Source: Bacteriovoracia bacterium (lineage in GTDB: Bacteria; Bdellovibrionota; UBA1018; CAIPTA01). Taken from it: a stretch of 64,000 nt of DNA. Shown here piece after piece: positions 56,519 through 64,000 of this stretch. Under the pieces are notes generated by a model, which worked only from the letters and a program-made list of their open reading frames with translations, had not been told where the DNA came from and ran no database searches. Numbering within the stretch: the first letter of the stretch is position 1; each line of letters starts with the position of its first letter. The stretch covers positions 896,001 to 960,000 of the forward strand of contig JBFWVL010000001.1 in assembly GCA_050246755.1 (NCBI GenBank), in the 5' to 3' direction. The position numbers and the translations under genes were made by a program.

Positions 56519-57826
56519 TTAGTCCTTGCTGGGCCTATGCTTGGATTTCGCGGAGGCCACTCGTCGTGTTTTCTTCTCGGATCTCACCGTAGTGGTGGTG
56601 GCAGTGGGATTATAATATTTCAGACGTTGGCCCGGATGAATGCGGCCGCGGCGAATGCCGTTGATCTTCATCAGGGTGCGTACCGAAATCCCGATATGCT
56701 TAGAAATCGTATAGAGATTGTCTCCGCGGCGAACCACATAAAAATCATAGGAGCCACCGGAACGCGAAGAAGCCTTACTCACGAGCCCTCGATCGGGACG
56801 GCCGCTCTTATACTGCTTCAGCTGCGCAATCGCGTCCTTCGTTTGCTCGAACTTTGCGGCGCTCCCTTTGGGCACATAGATATCCACGGTGCCGGATTTC
56901 GTGATCGGGGTAATACCAGCCACAAGATCGTAGTTCCAGCGCTTCAGCGTAGCCACCGGAATATCGGTTACCTTCGCGAGATCGGTAAGGCGGGCGCCGG
57001 AAGGCACGCTAACCGATTCGTACGGCTCCCAAATATCTTCAGGGCCAAGCTGTACTTCGAAGCCGAAACGTTTCATGTTTCTGCCCACGATATGAGCGGC
57101 CAAAAATTTCGGAACGTAGTCTAAGGTTTCACGGGGTAAGAGACCCGCTTCGGCAAGCGCCCAAAAGTCGCGGGTTTTGCCCTTCATGATCGAACGCACG
57201 ATACGGTGCTCGCCCGCATTATAGGCGGCGAGGGCCAAGTACCAAGAACCAAACACGTTGTGCAGATCTTTGAGGTAACTAGCGGCAGCTTCCGTTGCCT
57301 TGATCCAATTGCGGCGTTCATCTACTTGCTTGTTCACTTGCAAGCCGTAGTTTTTGCCAGTACCAGTCATGAACTGCCATACGCCCACGGCCTTCGCCCT
57401 GGATTTTGCGTGGGTCACGAAGCCACTTTCGATCATGGCGAGATAATAAAGCTCCGGCGGAACCTCATTTTCCTTAAGTATAGCTTCGATACGGGGGCGC
57501 AAGGCTTCTCCCCTCTCGAAATAGCGCATAGTCATATCGCGCTCGCGCACGGTAAAGAAATTAATCCACTGAGAAACCTTGCGGTTGATCTCCACCGGAA
57601 TTTGTAAAGGTACCTTTTCGCCGCCCTCGGAAACTTCCGAAAGAAGAGGGTTGGTGTCTTCTAAGATTTTATTAATTTCTGAAGGCGATTCGGGAGCGGA
57701 TCCGGCAGCGGACTTTGCGGCGGCCGGATCGCGGTTAGCATCATCGGCAGGAAGCATTCCTCTTTGATGAGCGCACCCGAGCAACGCGAAGGCTAAACCT
57801 AAGCAAAATAAACTTCGCAGCTTCAC
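56519..57826 (-). CDS. mltD: Lytic murein transglycosylase with LysM, MltD-like lipoprotein
   Basis: GTG 57826 after GGGAGG; lipobox LLGC; AMIESG, GVWQFM, AAYNAGE, ET..YVPK; LysM VRRGDNL. Confidence 0.88.
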   Translation of the reverse strand: MKLRSLFCLGLAFALLGCAHQRGMLPADDANRDPAAAKSAAGSAPESPSEINKILEDTNPLLSEVSEGGEKVPLQIPVEINRKVSQWINFFTVRERDMTMRYFERGEALRPRIEAILKENEVPPELYYLAMIESGFVTHAKSRAKAVGVWQFMTGTGKNYGLQVNKQVDERRNWIKATEAAASYLKDLHNVFGSWYLALAAYNAGEHRIVRSIMKGKTRDFWALAEAGLLPRETLDYVPKFLAAHIVGRNMKRFGFEVQLGPEDIWEPYESVSVPSGARLTDLAKVTDIPVATLKRWNYDLVAGITPITKSGTVDIYVPKGSAAKFEQTKDAIAQLKQYKSGRPDRGLVSKASSRSGGSYDFYVVRRGDNLYTISKHIGISVRTLMKINGIRRGRIHPGQRLKYYNPTATTTTVRSEKKTRRVASAKSKHRPSKD

Positions 57827-57942
57827 GCAGGAACCTCCCTGAAGATCGTTGGTCTGCGTTAGAATACCGGATTCTCGTCGAGCGAGCACCCGAAAACGAC
57901 CTTGTAAGTACTTAATATCCAAAAAATTCCACCCATCGCGCA

Positions 57943-58641
57943 CTATTGGCTAATCGCGCTGGATAGTGCTGATTCGAATTTGGATTGAGCCAATTCTGGC
58001 AAGTTATCCGCGAATTTGCTGCGTCTATTGCCTGATTCTTGGATCGCGGTAATCCAACTTGCCAGCTGCGCCACAAAAGTTTTTTCTTCCTGCCCAAAAA
58101 TTTGATCGCGCGCGTGCCAATCGTAAAAACTCACGGTTAGGTATTCGCCCGAGCTCAGTACGCGCCGTGTACCGATGAAAGTTTCCCAGCCTAAATCCCG
58201 ATGAGCCGAATGGAGGCGCCAATCGGAGAGACTGGCAAAATCAATCGCTAAATTTTCACGGCTTTCATTCAGCAAACCACAGTAAGTAAGCGCGAGCGAA
58301 ATTTCGCGACCGGCGCTGAGCCAGTGCGGGGCCACGTCGTCGGACGTAACGATAGAAATTACTTTTGCGCTGTCGCGGCTATTGAGCGTGATGATTCCAC
58401 ATCCGATCCGCAGTCGTCGCATTCCACTGCGTAAAGCGAGTTCGATTCGCTCACTCGCCGTGAGCCCTTCATCATAACTAGCGAACAACCCCATGGCGAT
58501 TTCCTGCCAAAGCTTCGAGTCTGCCGGCGAAATGGTGGCCTGCCGCAACCGGCGCAAGCGATAACGACGGCGCACCGTGAGCAACGCTGCGAATGAAATG
58601 GTCCCAAGGAAAAATAGGGAAAAAAGAGAAATTGCCTTCAT
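57943..58641 (-). CDS. Membrane-anchored stand-alone GAF-domain protein
   Basis: N-terminal TM; TYC...LAI...H.....G.ETFIG...LTVSF...F..EE GAF-like pattern. Confidence 0.65.
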   Translation of the reverse strand: MKAISLFSLFFLGTISFAALLTVRRRYRLRRLRQATISPADSKLWQEIAMGLFASYDEGLTASERIELALRSGMRRLRIGCGIITLNSRDSAKVISIVTSDDVAPHWLSAGREISLALTYCGLLNESRENLAIDFASLSDWRLHSAHRDLGWETFIGTRRVLSSGEYLTVSFYDWHARDQIFGQEEKTFVAQLASWITAIQESGNRRSKFADNLPELAQSKFESALSSAISQ

Positions 58642-58805
58642 TAGCCTCCAGCTGAATCAAAACCAGAATCCTTCTGGTAATTAGAACTGCTTAGATTGTA
58701 CCTCAGAGGTTTCGGAACTCGGTATGCGCAATCGAGAAGGAATGGAAAAAATTGCCTGTCAAATTCGTTCGGGTTCTACCAATGGCGCCATAAGCGGGCC
58801 GAGCT

Positions 58806-59420
58806 ATGCTATATACAAGCTCTATGATCGACTTTTCTCGCTATACCTTTCATCCGGTAATCCACCTGCCCCTCGGCTATGAGATTTATGATTTTACCTC
58901 CAGCTACGATCCGGAACGAAGCTTAGCCACCGGATTCGGGATAGGCCGTTATAACGAGAAGCGATCGGGCATGTATACGGCGGAGCTATTTCGCCAAAGC
59001 TCCGGCATGCGCGATATTCATATGGGGATCGATATCGGAGCTCCCATCGGTACCCCGGTGCATTCCTTCTGGGAAGGCGAAGTATTTCTCGTAGGTAATA
59101 ACAAGGCGGAAGGTGACTACGGCCACACTCTCATCACCAAACACCAGTTCAACGGCACGGAACTCTACGCACTGTATGGACATCTTTCTGCCAAGTCGAT
59201 TGCGGAAAAAATTCCAGGAATGAAAATCACTGCCGGAGAAATAATCGCCTGGGTTGGTGATAAGCACGAAAATGGCGGCTGGAATCCTCACCTTCATTTT
59301 CAGCTCAGCTACGTGAAACCATCCGTATGCGATATGCCAGGCGTCGTGGAAGATAGCCGGCGCGACGAGGCCCTGCGCATTTATCCAGATCCCCGCCTGG
59401 TACTAGGCCCGCTGTACTAA
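58806..59420 (+). CDS. M23-family peptidase
   Basis: HMGID, YGHL, HLHFQ; no signal peptide; start may be ATG 58824. Confidence 0.88.
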   Translation: MLYTSSMIDFSRYTFHPVIHLPLGYEIYDFTSSYDPERSLATGFGIGRYNEKRSGMYTAELFRQSSGMRDIHMGIDIGAPIGTPVHSFWEGEVFLVGNNKAEGDYGHTLITKHQFNGTELYALYGHLSAKSIAEKIPGMKITAGEIIAWVGDKHENGGWNPHLHFQLSYVKPSVCDMPGVVEDSRRDEALRIYPDPRLVLGPLY

Positions 59421-59537
59421 AATATTCTGCCTAATCCCCCGCTTCTCCCTTACTTTTTGCCTCTTTACCCTTTTGCCTTCTCTCCCCCTGCCGCATCGCC
59501 CCTTGAAATGCGAATCCCCCGAGCACAATAATTTCGC

Positions 59538-59927
59538 ATGCGAGCACTATTCCTATTCTTAGCCCTCTCTCTACTTCCAGGCCTGTCCCACGCGGAGGGG
59601 GAGCGCGTACTGCTGCTATCCTGCCCCTATAAGCTCATGGGAACTGATTTCGCGAAAAACGATTTGGGAATTCTCGCCAACGGGGAGCCTGAAGAATATG
59701 TCACCATAACCCACTACGGCAGCTCTCACCGCGAAGGCATCACACCGCAAGCACCAGCTCCGGGAGAATGGCTGCATTTTTGGATTTCCAAAGACACTAA
59801 AAATGAGATCGAAGTGATCGTATTTCAAGAAAGTAAAAAATTCGGGAACAGCGTGATGTATAACCACAGCATTCCCTACGGCAAAGAAATGTGGGCCGCT
59901 TGCACCACTTCTCCCGTGCGCCTTTAG
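59538..59927 (+). CDS. Small secreted hypothetical protein
   Basis: Signal peptide ending SHA; two Cys. Confidence 0.7.
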   Translation: MRALFLFLALSLLPGLSHAEGERVLLLSCPYKLMGTDFAKNDLGILANGEPEEYVTITHYGSSHREGITPQAPAPGEWLHFWISKDTKNEIEVIVFQESKKFGNSVMYNHSIPYGKEMWAACTTSPVRL

Positions 59928-59929
59928 CT

Positions 59930-61372
59930 TTACCGCGCGGGAATCAAAATACTGGCCGCTCCCCCGGCAGGAACGCTTACTCGAAAGAAATCCCCGTTAG
60001 GCGTGGCCACCACGAAGGTTCTGGCCGCTGGGCCAGTATTCTCCACCACCTGTAACACTGAACTATCGCGATTTACGTAAGCGATCGTAGAATATCCCTC
60101 GTCCATCGGAGCGGCCGTAGCAATACGGTAGGCCCCCCTGCCCAAAAATTTTCCGGCGTGAGCCATCGCGATGAGTTCAGGATTAAACGTAATGTTTTTG
60201 GTATTTGTATCAATGTCCACGAGTCCCCGGCAGTTTCCGCAATATCCGAAATAAGGCCCATGATCTTGGTCGAGCGCAAGATTCCAGCCCATAGCCAGGC
60301 GATTTCCCAATAAACCCCCGCCAATCACCTGGGTTTGCAGCCAGAAATGCAAAGTCCCCGGGCCATCGCCCCACGTTCCCCCGCTGCACTCTGTTTGGTA
60401 AAGAGGAGCCGAGGAACCTTGCATTTGATCAAAGGTGCCGCCGTAGCAGTGGTAAGCGATGCCGGCGATTTTATTTCCCAAAGCCGTATAGATCGCGTCG
60501 CCCTCGGAACGAAGATCATAATTATGATCGAGCCCCAAGATCTTTGTTTTAACGCGAGCTGCTTTAAACGCGGGAAAAAGATGATCTCGGATAAAAGAAA
60601 TTTGCTCTTCCGAAGACATCTCCATCGAAGGATACTGCTCTGTAGAATGAAAAGGCTCGTTTTGAATCGTAATCGAATCCACGGGAATGCCAGCGGCTTC
60701 GAAACTCCGCACAGACTTTAAAAGATAGCGCGCGAACGCGCCGTAGTATTCGGGCTTGAGGCTTCCGCCATTAAGCTGTCCGGAAGTTTTCATCCAGGCA
60801 GGCGGCGACCAGGGGCTCAGTAAAATACGCAAATTTGGATTAATCCGTTTCACCCGCCGAAGGAACCTCACCAGTTTATGGGCGCGATGAAAACTAAAAC
60901 GCTTAAGCTGGGGGTCCACTTGCCCAGGGGGTAGATCCAAGTAGGTATACGAAGTGACCCCAAAATCAGTGGCTCCGATAGGAATTCGGAGATAATTGAT
61001 ATTCAGGCCGCGTTTGGGATGAAAAAGCTTCTCTAAAAGTTTGGCCCGCTTACGCGGAGGGAGTTTCCCGATCGCGATCAACGAAGAATCAGTAATGGCC
61101 GCACCATAACCTTCTACTTCCTGAAACTTCACGCTGGCGTCGAAAGAAAGCAGAGTGTCTTCGCTGCTGGGCGCCCCCACTCTCGCGGGTACAGTGGCAC
61201 GCAACGATTGGCCTTCCTGATAAGGATCGGTCACGAAAGTCGTTACGAGCCATGGATTCAGGTCGAAACCAGCAGTGGCGCTCGCCGCAAACGAAATTCC
61301 CATGGCCAGTCCCATAGCCAAAATTCGGCAATAATGCGCTCTTCTTGATCGCATGCGATTCCCCTCTGCCAT
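59930..61372 (-). CDS. Glycoside hydrolase family 30
   Basis: GYGAAITD, RIPIGATDF, SPWSPPAWMKT, acid/base QNEP, nucleophile QTEC, WNLALD. Confidence 0.92.
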   Translation of the reverse strand: MAEGNRMRSRRAHYCRILAMGLAMGISFAASATAGFDLNPWLVTTFVTDPYQEGQSLRATVPARVGAPSSEDTLLSFDASVKFQEVEGYGAAITDSSLIAIGKLPPRKRAKLLEKLFHPKRGLNINYLRIPIGATDFGVTSYTYLDLPPGQVDPQLKRFSFHRAHKLVRFLRRVKRINPNLRILLSPWSPPAWMKTSGQLNGGSLKPEYYGAFARYLLKSVRSFEAAGIPVDSITIQNEPFHSTEQYPSMEMSSEEQISFIRDHLFPAFKAARVKTKILGLDHNYDLRSEGDAIYTALGNKIAGIAYHCYGGTFDQMQGSSAPLYQTECSGGTWGDGPGTLHFWLQTQVIGGGLLGNRLAMGWNLALDQDHGPYFGYCGNCRGLVDIDTNTKNITFNPELIAMAHAGKFLGRGAYRIATAAPMDEGYSTIAYVNRDSSVLQVVENTGPAARTFVVATPNGDFFRVSVPAGGAASILIPAR

Positions 61373-61469
61373 AAAGGGTAAACAAATCGCATTCTTATGT
61401 AAACCAGGTGCGGCTGGCTAAACGCGGGGAAGCCAATAGCGTAAATAAATAGCCGTTTCAGTGTAACGC

Positions 61470-62981
61470 CTACTTGAAAATTTCCGAAAGAACCCGTCCC
61501 TCGTTAGTGGCGGGCGGCAAAGTGCCAAGAAGAAAACTAAGCGTAGGGGCTAAATCTATTACTTTTGCCCCCGAGTACACTCCTGGTTTTACCTTCATGC
61601 CCGTGATCACGAGGGGAACCATGCGATCGTAAGCCCAGTTCGTATTGTGATTTCCGGGGTACCCATCCAGCTCGATGAAATAAGGCCGCGGTAAAATAAC
61701 CAAATCCCCGCCTATCTCTGGCAAATAAGAACGGGAAACCTCGGTGGCCAATGGGCCGTTCCGGTAACTGCCATCGAGAAACTCCGATTTGGTAAGCACG
61801 CCGAGCACTCCCGGCTCTTTAAGCAGCACCGCCTTAGCGACCACTTCGGCTTTCCTTGCTGAAACCTTTTTCTCCCTTAAGCTGCCTTCATCGAAGTAAA
61901 TATGCAGAGAATGCCCCGCCGCGATCCAGTTTTTAGATTTAGGTGTCCCGAATGCCTTGGATAAGGCCCCATTCAGTTTCGCGTTCAAAGATGCGTATTC
62001 GAAACCGCCCGCGTCGATTTTCGCCGCCTTGGACACTTCGATCAGTGGTGCCACCCCGTGATCCGCGGTAAGTGCCACCACGAGGTTATCCATTCCTCCC
62101 ACCTTTTTTCCGAGCGCCCCGATAAGCCGGGATATTTCTTTATCTTCCACGAGCGTCATGTCCAGCATGAACGGAGAATTCGGCCCCACTTGATGTCCTA
62201 AATAATCATGACTGGAGAAGCTCACGGCCAAAAGATCGGGGGCCTCATTTGCTCCCAACGAAAAGGCGGTGGCAGCTGCGAGCGCAGCATCTACCGTCAT
62301 CGTCGCGGCCGCAGTAGAACGCATGAGCTCTTTCACCGTGAGCGCCTTTATCGTTGGGGCCATTGACTCATTGAACTTATTCAGCCATGTGGTACCGGAC
62401 TTTTCATAGTAGCCGCTACTTACCCACTCTTTTTTCTTATTATCAAACCAAGCCACGCCATTGGCGTTCCTTCCGCCAAGCAAAATAGCCGCCCTATCCT
62501 TAAGCGCCACCGCCACCGTCTTTGACTCCACATTCACATTTTTCAGCTCATCTCCAACCGTAGTAGTGAGCAATTTTCTAGGAGAGAGGCCATATTGGGC
62601 ATCCGCCACACAGTAAGCGATTTTTTTTTCTTTTCGGTCGTACCAGTCGTTCAGCGTGATGCCGTTGGTGGCCGGCCGGGTGCCGGTGAGGATCATGGCG
62701 TGGCCGGGGCAGGTCATATTCTGCAGAACGTCGTACTCGGCAAACGGAAAATAAGCTCCCTTTTCCAAAAGGTAACGAAAGCCGCCCGGCTCGGCACTGC
62801 TCCCAGCAGGCAAAAACTTCGCTTCGTAACGCGTGAGATAATCGGCGCGGAATTGGTCAATTACGATTACCACCACTAACTTAGGTCGGCGCAAAAAGGC
62901 ACCAAGGTCCATCGCTTGCGCGAAAGTTGAACCCAAGAGGCTAATCACAATTGCTCCGGTCAGAATAAAAGGCCGCATCAT
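61470..62981 (-). CDS. pafA: Alkaline phosphatase superfamily protein, PafA-like
   Basis: DQFRADY, Thr nucleophile TCPGHA, KDRAAIL, DYLGH, TADHG, YDR.VP. Confidence 0.85.
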   Translation of the reverse strand: MMRPFILTGAIVISLLGSTFAQAMDLGAFLRRPKLVVVIVIDQFRADYLTRYEAKFLPAGSSAEPGGFRYLLEKGAYFPFAEYDVLQNMTCPGHAMILTGTRPATNGITLNDWYDRKEKKIAYCVADAQYGLSPRKLLTTTVGDELKNVNVESKTVAVALKDRAAILLGGRNANGVAWFDNKKKEWVSSGYYEKSGTTWLNKFNESMAPTIKALTVKELMRSTAAATMTVDAALAAATAFSLGANEAPDLLAVSFSSHDYLGHQVGPNSPFMLDMTLVEDKEISRLIGALGKKVGGMDNLVVALTADHGVAPLIEVSKAAKIDAGGFEYASLNAKLNGALSKAFGTPKSKNWIAAGHSLHIYFDEGSLREKKVSARKAEVVAKAVLLKEPGVLGVLTKSEFLDGSYRNGPLATEVSRSYLPEIGGDLVILPRPYFIELDGYPGNHNTNWAYDRMVPLVITGMKVKPGVYSGAKVIDLAPTLSFLLGTLPPATNEGRVLSEIFK

Positions 62982-63134
62982 CGAATTCCTCTTAGAAAGG
63001 CTTACCGCTCCAGTACTTTTGGCACAATCGGAATGCGGCTAAAAGTTGATTGTGACATCCCGCAGCCCAAGCTATTTCCCTCGAATTTGCCTTGGTCCAA
63101 TGAATTTATCTGTAGCATAATCGGCCCACTCACT

Positions 63135-64000
63135 ATGGCGTCTCCCCTCAATCCCAATATAAGCGCCCTCACTGATTCTTTGAGCCAATCATTTAGCCAA
63201 GCTCGCCCATTTCCGCATGTTGTGGCCGATAACTTTCTCGCGCCGGAATTTGCACAAAAACTATTCGCCCAGTTTCCTCCTTTTGCCCAAGAACGGGCAA
63301 TCGCCGAGCACGGAAAAGTGGGAGGTAAAGCTACCCGGGAAAACATGCGCGAGCTTGGCTCTGCCTTTCAGGAGCTAGACGAATTCTTCGCTTCTGCCGA
63401 TTTTTTGGGCTGGATGAGTCAGCTAACTGGAATTCCTGATCTGCTCTATGACCCCGAATATTTTGGGGGGGGCACTCATGAAAATCTCCCGGGCCAAGAC
63501 ATGAGTGTGCACGTGGATTTCAACTACCACCCCACGCGCGGCTGGCACCGGCGCTTAAATGTGCTCATTTATCTAAATCCCGAGTGGGAAGAAAGTTGGG
63601 GCGGGTCGTTAGAGCTTTGGCAAAATCCTTGGGATGCACCGAACAAAAACTCCATCGCAAAAATCACTCCCCGCTGGAATCGCATGGTGGCCTTTCCCAC
63701 CACGGAGCATTCTTGGCATGGATTTGAGACAGTAAAAATTCCTGAATATGCCCGAAATCGTGTTCCTTCCCGCAGGAGCATTGCACTTTACCTCTATTCG
63801 AAAGATAGGCCGGCCGCCGAAATGGGTACCATGCACAGCACGGTCTACTACGAAAGGCCGCTGCCGGAATCCATCCGGGCGGAAAAAGTGATTAGTAGGG
63901 CAGATTGGAACGAAATGACGCGCCTCATAGCAAGGCGGGATGATTTGCTGAAGATGATCTACGCAAGGGAAGGTCGATTTAATGGCCTTATCGCTGAGCT
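63135..64000 (+). CDS. 2OG-Fe(II) oxygenase; runs off the window edge
   Basis: Absent from the ORF track; hand translation from ATG 63135 gives PFPHVVADNFL, GGGTH, HVDFN (HxD), RRLNVLIYLN..W...WGG.LELW, SWHG, RRSIALY. Confidence 0.88.
   Translation, partial: MASPLNPNISALTDSLSQSFSQARPFPHVVADNFLAPEFAQKLFAQFPPFAQERAIAEHGKVGGKATRENMRELGSAFQELDEFFASADFLGWMSQLTGIPDLLYDPEYFGGGTHENLPGQDMSVHVDFNYHPTRGWHRRLNVLIYLNPEWEESWGGSLELWQNPWDAPNKNSIAKITPRWNRMVAFPTTEHSWHGFETVKIPEYARNRVPSRRSIALYLYSKDRPAAEMGTMHSTVYYERPLPESIRAEKVISRADWNEMTRLIARRDDLLKMIYAREGRFNGLIAE

Overview
Gene-dense 64-kb chromosomal window, most consistent with a predatory Bdellovibrionota-type bacterium. That assignment is inferred from GYF, PilZ and TPR proteins, a TIGR02147/DUF4423 HTH protein, an S74-chaperoned fibre and many orphan secreted proteins. 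Core genes are thrS, rimP-nusA-infB-rbfA-truB, rpsT, holA, lptE, dciA, alr, nadB, dsbD, pyrE, thiolase-scoA-scoB, htrA, mltD and maiA. I saw no rRNA, tRNA, CRISPR array, integrase or transposase. The best leads are: (1) an accessory 47.2-53.0 kb module in which a LysM/beta-barrel, a lipoprotein and an S74 fibre form a coupled operon next to an HTH gene and a secreted-protein gene, with a GTTCTGT-N3-ACAGAAC palindrome and two degenerate copies; (2) a secreted (PSYPSYPPxx)n repeat protein coupled to an O-antigen-ligase/O-oligosaccharyltransferase-like gene; (3) a SelO/YdiU homologue that has lost the Lys-Glu pair but kept the catalytic DN and DYG motifs; (4) a stand-alone degenerate ABC ATPase behind a sigma54 promoter; (5) three sigma54 promoters, several apparently leaderless genes, and a rimP-leader attenuator. 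All functional calls are motif recognition by eye, without database searches.
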